From: the human T2T-CHM13v2.0 reference genome, Homo sapiens
Length of the DNA stretch: 64,000 bases
Direction: 5' to 3' (one strand)
Assembly (NCBI RefSeq): GCF_009914755.1
Contig: NC_060944.1
The stretch's first letter is position 1, and each line of letters begins with the position of its first letter. This document shows positions 1 to 14,049 of this stretch, in pieces. The notes under the pieces are model-generated. The model was given only the letters and a program-made list of their open reading frames with translations. It was not told where the DNA came from and did no database searches. A program made the position numbers and the translations under genes.

Positions 1-3000
1 AAAGAAAGAAAGAAAGAAAAAGGGGGTAGGGAGAGCAGAGGGGCTGCATACCCTTAAACTGGAGGCAATGGGGATGGGAACGCTGGTGGAGAGGGCTGCC
101 CTCTCCCTACCAATGTCTTCCTACCAGGGAAGTCTGCACAAGGACCCCCTGCCCCTGCCCTGAGCCAACAGGACGTTATCTCTGAGATCCATTTGCCCAG
201 CCCCAGCCCATCTTCCCCTGACTCCCCTGAAGACTCAAGTCCTCCTGCTGGCACACTCAGCACAGAAGTAGCTCTCTTCTCCTTCTGATGTGCTTCCCAG
301 TCTGGGGAGACCTCTGGAAGGCCCAGGCCAGACCTCCCCCTGGAGCTGATCCCTGCACACTAGCAGGGCCCCGGAGAGGGAGGCCAGCTGGGGCTGCCTT
401 TCCTGTAAGCAGCTGCAGGCTAGCATCCCTGCTAGGAAATGCTTTTGTTTGCTTTAATAATTCATAGCCGATTCTCAGCCTGGGACCTGGCAGGCAGGCC
501 TGTGGGTGGGTGGCGAGAGGGTGGGCAGAGAGCAGTGGAGTGGGGAGTCTTTAGGTAGAATTGAGGGCCAAAAGAAGAGGGGGAGAGCAGGCCTGTGAGA
601 TTCTTCCCCCTCCCTTTCCCCTGCCCTCAGGGACTTTGGTCACTGTGCCAATTTCCTGGGGCAGGTGAGCAGGGCAGCTGCTGGGGGCAGTGGGAAGAGG
701 GGATAGGGACCCTCCCTAGACCCAAACCTCATCTCCAGCAGGACCAACTGGACACAGGCTCTGGGCAGCTGCCTGCAGCCACCAGGTCCTCCCTGTGCAA
801 GCATTGTTGAGGTGGGTGTGCCCCACTGGGCTACTGCTTTTATCTTCCCCAGTCTGCACCATGGCCAGGGGCTGGCATGTCAGGGGCTGGGCAGGGCCAG
901 GCCAATAGATCTTGTCTGGGGCAGGAGGGCCAGGCCCAGCTTGATCATCATCAGCAGTCCCGGGGTCCAGAGGGTGCCTGCAGGGGAGAGCAGGGGCCAA
1001 TGGGATGCTTGGAGGAAGGGGGGATGTAGAGGAAAGGGACTGGTGGAGCCCTGTCAGGATGGGGCTAAGAAGAGCTGGACTTAGCAGAGAGAGACTTTGG
1101 GGAAATCTGCGAAAAGGGATGAGATGCAGGAGTTTTTGCTCCCTCCACTTCCTGGGGTGATGGGTGTCAACAAAGAGCCTCCCCCCATTACTGATGAAAG
1201 TAGGACTTGTCCCCTGTAGCCCTAGCATCCCAGACTCAAAGACAAATTAGGACCAGGGCAAGGCACGGCTCAAAACCTTGAGTTATCAAGGCAGCCAAGA
1301 GTTAGGATTTGGTGGGGAGAAGGGAAGGCAAGACGCCTGGGGGTGCCTCTGAGAGGAGGCCGAGGCTCCAGCCTTGGTCACTTGTCCTCTGTGGGATTTG
1401 AGCTGGCTGTGGTTAAATTGCTTACTATAACAAGCATGCAGTCAAGGATGTGAAGAGCCGTGAGTGGCCTTGGGAAGAGAGAACAGAGACTGTGAGGGGG
1501 GCTTTGTCTGTACCAGACAGTTATGCTGTGGCAGGGGAGAGCAGCTGCCGCGAAAAGGGCCCTGGAGTGTCCTGCTCAGCCTTGCAAAGGAGCATCTCCC
1601 GGGACCTGCTGGGCAGCCCCAGCAATAGCAGTCAGACACCTCTGCAGCTGCTGGCATCTCCCCACAGGCATCTGCATACACTCTGGAGCACAGTCCACCT
1701 GAATGACCTAGTCTGTGAAGGTCAGGTTGCCCTTGGTGTTGACTTGAACCTGGATTCCCAACAGTGCTCAGGAAGTCCATGCACACCCATGCTCACTACA
1801 AAGCATGTTGACTCTGACCAAAATGCATCTGTGCAACGTAAATCTTTTTTGGTGTCTCAAACAGTCTCCTTTAACTTTCGGTCTATTTAAGAATGAAAGA
1901 TGGAAAGGAGGTGAGTGGGGCACAATGAAAATACAAAAGCGAGCATATTCTCTTCCCAAATCTGGGTTCTTTAGTACGGGGGCAAATGTCCCACTGCCTC
2001 AGGACACTCTGGAGTTGAGAAGAAAGTGTTTTGAACATTGTGCTTTAAACAATCTTTTTAAGAAAGCGAGGAAATGTATAATTCATTTTGCAGTCTTGCA
2101 GAAGTGGTTAATGTGGCTGATTTTGTCACTCAGCTGCATTTCTCTGGAAAAGGCGTTTATGTGGCATGGTTTGTTCACTAATGATGCTAAGTGAATAAGC
2201 TGTTTCTGAATTATGGGTGCCAGCAGTACATGTGCCAGGTGAGGCAGTTCTTACTTGTATTTGTCATAAACTGATACCTGCCAAGCTGCACTCAGGCCCT
2301 TGGGGCTGTAGCTTTGCTGGCATCCATCGTACCCCAGGCCTCTGAATGGCTGGCAGTTGGTACCCACCCACATCCCCTCAGGACCATTGGTCAAGGCTCT
2401 GCCTCCCCTGCTGTTAGCTGCTTCCCTTTGCTTGAGGACTTGCTCAGGCTGCCAGAGCCTGCTCTGCTCAGCCCAGAAGTACCTGAGAAGTAACAGCCGT
2501 AGAAGCCCTCCACCAGTGACTGACTGGAGTTGGTGGATAAATACCCCAGCTCCCTCACCCATCCCTCTGGTGGGATAATGCTGAGGCACACATTCCATGC
2601 TGTTTCCAGAGTTCCCCATGGGATGGAGCTCCAGGTGCCTACAGTGGGGACTTGAAAATGCACCCTCTATAGGCTGCTTTCTCATCTTTGTCTCACCCCC
2701 AACCCCCAGTGTTTCCGAATCACTGCCCAGATAACACTGTTGGTATTTGCATCCTTGTCCCCAGGTCTGCTTCTCGGGGAACCCAAATAAAATACTTGCC
2801 TCTCCAGGCTTCAGAGGCTCTATTCCCCCTTCTCTCCCCCTTTCTTTCTTTTAAATTAAGGATACATATCAAAAGACATACGTGCAGTTTCTCTCCACAC
2901 CCCAATGTTTGTCTTAGGCAGCGCCACTTTGGAGCGGCACCATGAGATCAAAGACTTTGGCCTTGGTCCACATCTCTCTGTCTCTAAGCCAGTCTGAGAG

Positions 3001-4544
3001 CAGACAGTGACCCCCACATCCCACCTGTGTCCCCACACATCTGCACCCAGGATGTGCTCATCAGGGGCCCTCAGACCACTCAGCACCTCCTGAGCTGTTT
3101 GAGTCTCTATCCCTGTTTCTTTTTTTCTGTTCTTTAGTCCGGGTTTGTTTTCTCATTACAAGAGCATCAGCTTGTAATCAGCTTGTAATCTCCCCTTCCC
3201 CTTCCCCAGCCCTCTCTCTTTGGAACTTGCATTTCCATTCTACAAGTGTTGATTGGTCACCTCCTGCATGTTGGGGTCAATCAGGAGAAGGAGGCACCGT
3301 CCACACCTGCCTCTGTTGCTCTCGAGTCCTATTCCCCGCAACATGCTGTTCCTCGTGTCCTTCTCCGTCTCTTGTTCATAGGAAGTATCCTTTGCTTGAG
3401 CTTCTCCAAGCCTGGCAGGGCTATGAACAGGGTGAGCCGGAGACATTCCCAGGCAAGGGGCAGCCCCATGTGCGCTGCAGGGCTCTTGCCCACTCTGCAG
3501 TCCTCCTCTGGTTGGAAGGGGCGGGGGCCGTCATTAACACTGCCCTGTTGTTGTCCATGGCACGGATCTTGTCCTGCAGCTGTAAACTAACCAGTGCTGC
3601 TCCATGGGTGGGTGTGAGCCTGGGAGGATGAGTGTGCCTCAGACCCACTGAGCCGTGCTGGGGAAGTGCAGGATGCCGCTCTGGGCTGCCTCGGGGCAGT
3701 GGACTGATCCTAAACCTACTATGGGGCAGGGCACAGGCATGCAAAGCAGGGCAGCCCCTCCATGCCCCCAGCTGGCAGGAGACACTGGCCCAGAGACCCC
3801 AGGGGAACCTGCTGTCTTCCCCCCTCCCAGGTCCCTGTGCCCTTGCTCCTGTGTAATCCCCTCCTGCAGGGATGCTGAGCCCTGGGAAGGAAGCTTGGCT
3901 TGGGGCTTATGCCAGACTTCCCAGGTCTGGTCCTCAGCAGCCTGGCAGGAGCTGGGGGGCAGTCAGGACCCAGCAATGGCTGATATTTGGGTGGGACAGG
4001 AAGCTCAGGCCGGCATCTGTGATTTATGCTGCACCAGTCTGGAATTTGGCCTGAGCACTTGCAGGGTGTCTGTGTAGAAAGGGCATGTCCAGTGGTCTGG
4101 GAGATTCCGTTATTTCTCAGCACCCACCACTCCTCTGGCAAGGCTTCCTTTTCTCTCTATAGCCTCCCTCCCCACTGCCTGAGAGCCTTCCAGGCCCCTT
4201 CGCTGGGCTAGATGACAGGATATAAAAGCCACAGGGACCTGGGAGTGCTTCACAAACCCATCTCCTCTGGCCTTCTCTCCCACTAGGTGGTCCTGGAACC
4301 CATCCCCAGTGGAGTTCAAGTTAAGCTGGTCCTGGGAGCAGGAGGGAGGAGCTCAGGGTTGAGGCCTCATTAGCATATTCATCAACAGTAATCAGGGCCC
4401 CGCTGTGATCGAAAGCCCTCTTAGGGCTTCCCTGCCTCTTGCTGGCTGGGGAGTGGGTGAGGGGCGATCAAGGCCTCAACTTGAAAGGACTGCAGCCTGA
4501 GGGCAAGGGGGTGGAGGGAGCAGGGAAAGATGGAGGGACAGTGA

Positions 4545-4558
4545 ATTCCCTAGGGAAA
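4545..4558. promoter_or_regulatory. Near-perfect EBF/COE palindromic binding site
   Basis: ATTCCCTAGGGAAA vs consensus ATTCCCNNGGGAAT. Confidence 0.45.
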
Positions 4559-4587
4559 GGAGCATCTGTAAAAAGAATCTGTGGTCA

Positions 4588-4938
<351 letters not shown>

Positions 4939-5444
4939 TTATGGCTTCTGCCTCCTAAGTCAGCATTTCATGTGGATAACTGAGGGAGGCTCCGGGGCAA
5001 GCTTTCAAGAGGAGGAAACATTTTCCATTTTACTATTTATTATAACTTGTATGTGTAAAACAATAGCAAGTCCCTCATGCCCATGACATCCCAGGTGTTA
5101 TGGCTTAGCCTGAAGCCAAGTAAAAGAATAAATTGATTTAAAGTTATATGAAGAAAAATAGTAAGTAGTGGTGACTGTGGCAGCCATTGTCACAGGAGCA
5201 TGCTCATGATGGGCACCTGGACAAGCTGACCTAAGTGGTCCTCAAGGCAGTTCCCCATCCTGGTCACTCCCCTGCATCCCTGCAGCAGCCTCTCTCTTGT
5301 CCCCCACACTGCACCCTCCTTTCCCCCATAGCATCTTTAAGCCCTGCCTGGCTTCAGAACTTTCTAGTGGCCTTTAGTCATGTTTCCGAAACCATGACCC
5401 TCAACAAAAGTGCTCCGTAGTCAGGTAAGCAGGGTGTGTTAGTT

Positions 5445-6177
<733 letters not shown>

Positions 6178-6179
6178 CG

Positions 6180-6685
6180 ACTCCAAAACTTAGCAACTTA
6201 AAACAACAAACATTTATTATCTCACACAATTTCTGAGGTCAGAATAAGGGAGCAGACTAGCCTGGTGGTTCTGGATCAGGGCCTCTCATGAGGCTGCAGC
6301 AAGATGAGAGCTGGGGCCGCAGTCGTCTGAAGGATTGACTGAGGCGGGTGGATCTGCTTCCAAGGTCGCTCATGCTGGCAAGTCAGGGCTGGCTATCGGC
6401 AGGAGGCCTCAGTTATTCTCCCTGTGGACCTCTCCATAGGGCTACTTGAGTGTCATCAAGACATGGCAGCTGGCTTCCCCCTGAATCACTAATCCAAAAA
6501 AGGGAAGAAGTCAGAAGCTGCAGTGCTTTTATGATCTAACCTTGGAAGTTATATGCTATTACTCCTGCCATAGTCTATTGACCTCACAGGCCAATCCCAA
6601 CACAATACAAGAGGGGGCTAACTAAGGGCATGAATCCCAGGGGGTGGGGCTCACTGGGAACCATCTTGTAGGCTGGCTTCCACAC
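6180..6685. mobile_element. MaLR LTR (MLT1-type)
   Basis: aaaacttagcaacttaaaacaacaaacatttattatctcac... matches the recalled MLT1 motif. Confidence 0.7.
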
Positions 6686-8022
6686 ATGCAGAGCACCAGC
6701 CCTAGCCAACTCAAGCAGGGTACGTTCCTGGAGGGTGTCCTAGGGGCCCCCAAATACACCCATGTCTGTGGCCACAGCACCCTTTTCTAAAGGGAGGCTC
6801 TGGAGCCATGAGAGATCTAAGGAACACACTTTGGAAGGCCGTGGCTCAGAGAAGAGAATCTAACCCCTTCCCCTGGTGTCTGTGTCCTTCCATGATCTGG
6901 CACGAACTTCCAGTACAAACTTTCCTCCTTTCACTTCGCTTTTTGACACCTGCGGTACAGCAGCAGTCTCTACACATCCAGCCATTCCTTGTGCTGTTTA
7001 TTCTGCCCCTTTTCTTGTTCATCTGTTGAGCTCCTGTTTATTCCTCAAGGACTTAGGGAAAAGCCACCATTCCATGAAGCCTTCCCTTCATCTCCCATAA
7101 AAAGAATTAATATTTTCTTCCTTTGCTTCTCGAGTTTTTTTGCATGGACATCTTTGGGGGGCACCTGCCCCTTTGTCTGATGTTGTACCTCTCTCTCTGT
7201 CTCCCCTCTTCCAGGCATTTGCTCCTAGCCCCAGTTGTTGCCATGTGTCCAGTGCTTGGTGTATCATTGGGATGCAGGGGATATTTGGGGAAGAGGGAAT
7301 GCCTTCCTCCTGCTCTCACTCTGGCCTTGCTTCTGGGCATGGTTTCTGATGAGCCAGGAAAGATTCCTTAGCAAGGCCAGAAGAGAAGTTCCTCCTGCCC
7401 AAGGGAGCCTGTGGTTGTCTCTCCCAAAGCCTGGAGGCAGGTTCCTCTACACTTTGGGGGTGCTCCCCACCTTCAGCCAGGGCCCAGGCCAGGCAGACTA
7501 GTGGTCCTGAGCCAGTTTGATGCCTCCAAGGGTCTGATGGACATCGCCATTCCCCAGGCAACACCACAGGCTCATGACAGCCTCAGCCTGGGCTGGGGTT
7601 TAGTGGGATATTTGTTCTAGGGCCCCCGGGGTCTCCTTGAAGCCCTAAAGGGCAGTCACAAGAGCCTCTGGTCAGAAAGACAGATTGGTTCATACTTTTG
7701 ATTTTTGAGACTGGCCTTGCAAAATGTGCTGCCCAGGGAAAAGCCTGGGAGGGAGACTGACAGGGCCTCCTCCTTTGCAGTCACCACTCTGCCTCTTGTT
7801 TTCCAGGGGGCAGGCTGGGGTGCCCTCGGTGCTGAGAGACCTCTATCTGGAAGCGAGATGGCCCTGGTCAGGCTGGAAAGGGCCTGTCTAGTTGGATTTT
7901 TTGCCCAAACTCTTGGCATCTTGGAGCCATGTCCTGGCTAGCATGCCTGCCTGGCCCGAGGCGCTGGAGTCTTTCTCACTGGGGGGCCTTCCAGTGGTTT
8001 TCCAGCTCTTTTCCTCCCACAG

Positions 8023-8179
8023 TGGCGTGGGTCTGGCACGAGCACATTTTGAGAAGCAGCCTCCCTCCAACCTCAGGAAATCCAACTTCTTCCACTTCGT
8101 GCTGGCCATGTACGACCGGCAGGGGCAGCCCGTGGAGGTGGAGCGCACAGCCTTCATCGACTTCGTGGAAAAGGACCGA
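8023..8179 (+). CDS. EBF4: EBF4 exon 2 (157 nt), DNA-binding domain start
   Basis: ttcctcccacAG|T GGC GTG GGT ... GAC CGA|GTgaga; (S)[52 protein letters not shown]. Confidence 0.97.
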
Positions 8180-8230
8180 GTGAGAGGCTCATGGGCTTGG
8201 CTGGGACTGGCCCCGGGAGGGAACCCCCAA

Positions 8231-8231
<1 letters not shown>

Positions 8232-8280
<49 letters not shown>
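8232..8280 (+). repeat. (CA)24 microsatellite in intron 2
   Basis: Uninterrupted CA run. Confidence 0.98.
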
Positions 8281-8282
<2 letters not shown>

Positions 8283-8415
8283 GGACAGATGAATGGATGG
8301 AAGCTGGCTGAGTGGCTGGAAGGGTGGGAAAGAAGTTGGGGTTAGGAGAAGGGGTGGACAAGGGAGGCTGGAGGATCCCTGAGCACCCGAGCATCCTCCC
8401 ATCTTGTCCCTGCAG

Positions 8416-8479
8416 GAGCCCGGGGCGGAAAAGACTAACAATGGGATCCATTACCGCCTCCGGCTGGTGTATAACAATG
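8416..8479 (+). CDS. EBF4: EBF4 exon 3 (64 nt)
   Basis: tccctgcAG|GAG CCC ... AAC AAT G|GTgagt; EPGAEKTNNGIHYRLRLVYNN(G). Confidence 0.96.
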
Positions 8480-8650
8480 GTGAGTGGAGGCCCCTGCCCT
8501 ACCCAGCCCTGCCCCTGAAGTCTGGGCACTGCAGCATCATGCGACACCTAATGCCCCCTGTGCCAGGGCTGGGGAGGGTGTGATGTGGTCTGGTCATTGA
8601 GGCTGCACATGCTCCCCCAGCAGCAAGCCCTCTCCATCTTCCCATCCTAG

Positions 8651-8706
8651 GACTGCGGACAGAGCAAGACCTCTACGTGCGTCTCATCGACTCCATGTCC
8701 AAACAG
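8651..8706 (+). CDS. EBF4: EBF4 exon 4 (56 nt)
   Basis: cccatcctAG|GA CTG CGG ... AAA CAG|GTgagt; (G)LRTEQDLYVRLIDSMSKQ. Confidence 0.96.
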
Positions 8707-10088
8707 GTGAGTCAGCGCAGAGGGTGCTGAGGCCCATCTCACTCTCTTCCCGGACCCTGCCTCCCCCTGGTCTGAGTGAGCCTCCTTGTTCCTGCCCTCA
8801 TCTCCCTATGCCCTCCGTCCCCATCAGCCTAGCTCCCCCAGTTCCCACCCCAGCCTGTGCCGGAGGGTGTGTGGCTTTTGCCCTCTGTTCTAGAAAAGAC
8901 AATATTTGTACAAAAACCCTGGCTTGGGTCATGTTTCCTAGCAGCCCAGCCTTAGATGGGAACTCAGGTGCAGGTAGTTTATTTGGGGAGATGGGAGGGG
9001 CTCCTAGGAGCAGGGGAGGGAGGTAAGCTGGACAGAAAACTGCACAGGGAGCTCTGGAGAAGGAATGGCACCAGAAGTGTCCCCCCTCGAAGCAAGTACC
9101 AGGATTTTGCACCCCGTATCAATTAGTCATTGGCTGGGAACCACTCCTAAGGGTAGCACGTAACCTCTGAGACATTTTCAGACCAGGCAGTTCCTGTCCA
9201 CTGAGAGCAGTTCTCAGGAGGAAGCCCTCTGCAGCTGACATCAGCCACAGCCACGGGAAGGTGCACATTTCCAGTAAAGGGGATGTGGGCACAGCCCTGG
9301 GAATTTCCACTGCAGACCCTTGCACCTTGCTGATGTGACGGTTACGGGAAGGAGGCTCAGAGGCCAGCACAAGGAGCTGGAGGAAACTGAAACCTGAACA
9401 GGCTCTGATGGATTCTGCCAACACAGGGCCCCAAATCTCAGGGCTTTTCAGAGAAGCTGTGCATGCTGGCAAGGAGGGGGCTGAGTCTCAAATGGGCCAG
9501 ATTAGTGGGCTAGGAATGCAAGCTGGAGATCTGGGCTTCCTACATAGGCAGGGTCTTTTGGCAGCCTCCACCCAATCCCAGGGCAGAGGGAAGAATGGTT
9601 TGTTTCTAGAATACCCATGGCCACTGGGCTGGGGGAGGCAGGCCAGGCAGTGCCTAGTGGAACTGTCAAGGGGACGGGTGTGGAAGGGGTTCGAGGAAGT
9701 CCACAGAGAGAGGGATCCCACAAATGGGGGAAGGCACAGAGGGTTATAAACTAGGAAGGCAGATTTGCAGTTAGGAAGCTCACTTCTTGCTTCTGGGCAG
9801 AGGGAGGCTGGAAGACTGGTGAGGAGGTGATGCAGCAGTCCCAGGGGAAGACCGAGCCTGGGCTAGGGATGGTATGGGGGAAGAGGCGATAGTTATCTAG
9901 GGGGAAGAGGCAGCTGTGCAGCCCTCGGAGCTGACTGGGCTGGCAGGGATAGCTGAGAAGGACAACACTCATCAACAGAAGCAGAGGTCCGTCAGGACAT
10001 GGAGGATGCACACAGGAGGATGCTGGGGGAGGGGAGGGGCCTGGTGCTGGGTGGGCACAGGAGTATGTCTACCCCACCAGCCACCTGA

Positions 10089-10463
<375 letters not shown>

Positions 10464-11025
10464 TGAGATGGCCATGTCACTCACACCTCACCCCTCTGCC
10501 AAGGCGTTTCTGAGGACTCTACCCAGGCCCTGCCCCCTCGCCGCCCTTGCCCCTGGCTGCTCTCTGCTGCTGCTCCCTGGAGAAGCCTGGTGGCAGGTGA
10601 TGAAGGGAGTGGTGAGGCCCCTGGGCACAGCGCTGGCTGAGGAGAGGGTCCTTGAGGCCCCATTAGCCTGGCCTGTTTATGTGGCTTCTCCGAGTGTTTT
10701 TGTAAGAGAGGCCTCCTGCTGCCACTGGGAAGCTTAGCTAATAAAGCTCAGGGGAGGGCTGCTGGGGTTGCGGGAACAGGGTCTGGGAAGGCCTCTGGGA
10801 TTAGCTCAGAAGCTAATCTTTGAGGAAATTTTGAATCCTAGGGCAGCTCTCTGGCAGGGCAGGGTGGGAGTGAAGGGGTGCACAGCCCTTGGCTCCCTTT
10901 TCCCCATTATCCCAGAGCTTGGCATTTCTAGTAAGGTCTCCCCAGGAGATGCCAGTCGTACAGGGTCCTCGGAGGCAGTTCCTGATGCATGGAAAAGAGA
11001 ACAGAGTTCTGAAATCTGTGGTTGG

Positions 11026-11202
11026 TAGCCAGGCGCCTGTAATCCCAGCTACTTGGAAGGCTGAGGCAGGAAGGCTGAGGCATGAGCGCAGGAGTTCAAG
11101 GCTGCAGTGAGCTATGATTGCACCACTGCATTCTAGCCTGGGTGACAGATCCAGACCCTGTCTCTAAAAAAATAAATAAAGTAAAATAAATTTAAATTAA
11201 AT
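11026..11202 (+). mobile_element. Truncated Alu (right arm) with 14-bp TSD
   Basis: TSD AAATCTGTGGTTGG at 11012-11025 and 11203-11216. Confidence 0.88.
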
Positions 11203-11345
11203 AAATCTGTGGTTGGAACTGTGGCTACCCTTGGAAAAGGGAGTGACAAGGAAGAGGCATGACCGGCATCTGGGCTGCTGGCCACGCAGCACTTCTTGGT
11301 GTGGATGCTGCTTTCATGGGCAGATTCACTTTGTGGCCATCCATT

Positions 11346-11644
11346 GGCCAGGCACAATGGCTCACGCCTGTAATCCCAGCACTTTAGGAAGCCGAGGCGA
11401 GCGGATCACTTGAGGCCAGGAGTTCAAAAGCAGCCTGGCCAACGTGGTGAAACCCCGTCTCTACCAAAATTACAAAAATTAGCCAGGCGTGGTGGTGCAC
11501 ACCTGTAATCCCAGCTATGTTAGGAGGCTGAGGCACAAGAATTGCCTGAACTCAGGAGGCAGAGGTTGCAGTGAGCCAACATCACGTCACTGTACTCCAG
11601 CCTGGGTGACAGAATGAGACTCTGTCTCAAAAAAAAGAAAAAAA
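11346..11644 (+). mobile_element. Alu (AluS-like) in intron 5
   Basis: Full dimer, polyA, flanking agattcactttgtgg direct repeats. Confidence 0.93.
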
Positions 11645-12015
11645 GATTCACTTTGTGGTCATTCATGAGCTCACCGTTTGAGCTCCTGTCTCTGCGTAGA
11701 CTGTGCTTCCATAGAGAGAAACCCTGTAGGTGACCTGCAGCCTGCCCTTTCCTGGGTCCTCCAGGAACGAGGTGCCTTTGGGGCAGGGGTCTCTGGCCAG
11801 CCTCATCCCCAGGCTAGGCTCTCAGGGTCCCTGCGGAGGAGCCCACAGCCTTTCTCCCCCAAGCCCTGGGAGTGAGCCCCTCCAGCCCAGGGATTCCACA
11901 CCCAGAGACAGGACATCAGCACCCTCAGCTCAGGGCGCCCCCCACAACTCACACACTGTCGTGGCCCCCTCCTTCCTTGGCTTCTGCCTTCCCTCCTTCC
12001 TCATCTTTCCTTCAG

Positions 12016-12084
12016 CCGGTGCTGTGACCGGAAGAGCTGTGGCAACCGGAATGAGACGCCCTCAGACCCCGTCATCATTGACAG
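12016..12084 (+). CDS. EBF4: EBF4 exon 6 (69 nt), second half of zinc knuckle
   Basis: tttccttcAG|C CGG TGC TGT ... GAC AG|GTacag; (S)[22 protein letters not shown](R), completing the COE H-x3-C-x2-C-x5-C motif. Confidence 0.97.
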
Positions 12085-12540
12085 GTACAGGCTCAGGGAG
12101 GGGGCCTGGAAGCTCAGAGGAGAGTGGGGGAGGGGCAGCTGTTTTCAACCACAGAGCACCAAGGCTCAAGGGAGGAGCAGAGCAGCCCCCCCGGGGCACC
12201 AGGTTGGGTGGCTCTGAGCAGAGAGGGAAACTGCCAGGCACCAGGGAGCCTCCAGCCGTGGCCCCTGAGTGAGGCCCCAGGTGGCCAACTTTCTGGAGCT
12301 GCTTTCCCCGACTCCCTGAGAGAAGGAGCCAGGGAGGGCAGGGAGGTTGAGAGGGGGGTGGGAAGGGAGGGGAGGAACCAGCACTCAGGAACCGTCCAGG
12401 TGGAGTGGCCAGCGTGGTCATGTCAGCAAAAACCAGGCTCAGGTTCCCAGTTCACCCCTGTGCTGTCTGACCTGACTTCTCTGAACATTCGTTTCTTTCA
12501 CTGGAAAAGTGGGGAAAGAGCTGGCAGGTTTCAGTCATAG

Positions 12541-12901
<361 letters not shown>

Positions 12902-13302
12902 TGAAGAGGAAATGCATAAATAAGGTGTAAAATTCAAATGGTACAAAACAGTAAATAATGAAAAGGAAGTCTCCCTCCACCCCTATGTAGAGCATACTGT
13001 ACATGTTTTTTTTTTTTTGGTAACAATATATTTTAGATATTCCACACAGGAACATAAACCATATCTTATTCTCCTTTTAATAGAAAAAGCATTCATAGGT
13101 GCAAAAATTCAAGAAGCTTAAAAGGGTTTACAGCAAACTGTCTCCCACCTCTGTCTCCCACCCATCCATTCCCCACCAAATAAGCTACCACTATTAGCAG
13201 TTTCTGTTGTATCCTTCCTGAGATAGTCTGTGCATATACAACAAAATAGTTATATGTTCTTTTTGTACCCTTTCCTTTTGTTTTTATAAAAATGGTGACA
13301 GT

Positions 13303-13591
13303 GGCTGAGTGCAGTGGCTCATGCCTGTAATCCCAACACTTTGGGAGGCTGAGGCAGGGGGATTGCTTGAGCCCATGAGTTTGAGACCAGCCTGGCCAAC
13401 AGGGTAAAATCCCATCTCAACAAAAAATACACACACAAAAATTAGCTGGGCATGGTGGTGTACATCTGTGGTCCCAGCTACTCAGGAGGCCGAGGTGGGA
13501 GGATCACCTGAGCCCAGGAGGTCTAGACTGCAGCGAGCTGTGATTGTGCCACTGCACTCCAGTCTGGGCAACAGAGTGAGACCCTGTCTAA

Positions 13592-13622
<31 letters not shown>

Positions 13623-13637
13623 TTAAATTAAAATTAA
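13303..13637 (+). mobile_element. Alu with (AAT)n tail, inserted in old L1M sequence
   Basis: Alu body, (AAT)~10 tail, flanking aaaatggtg(a/g)ca repeats. Confidence 0.92.
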
Positions 13638-14049
13638 AATGGTGGCAGGAAGCAGAACTTTCAGCACCTTTCTTTTTCCTTGAAAAATTTAGATCTGGGA
13701 GTTTACATCAGGACACAAGAAGTCTCCTTATTCTTTTTTGCCACTGCAAAATATTTCATTGTATGGGTATGCCATAATTTATTTAAATAGTCAGATATTG
13801 CTGGACATTTTGGTTGTTTTCATCCCTTTTCAGGGATTTAAAAATGCTGCAGTGAATTACTTTGTCCATGTGCCATTTCACACGTGTAAATTTATATGAA
13901 GGCTATTACTAAGTAGAATTGCTGGGACAAAGAATATGTGCATTTGTAGTTTTGATAGCTACTGCCAATTCGATCTCTGTAGGGGTTATACCAACAGCAT
14001 TGAAACCAGCAATTTTGAGAATGCCTATTCCTTACACTCTGGCCAATTA

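Noticed and set aside
7888-8547. 219-aa minus-strand ORF with a VCVCVC run
   Set aside because: Antisense of exons 2-3 plus the CA microsatellite
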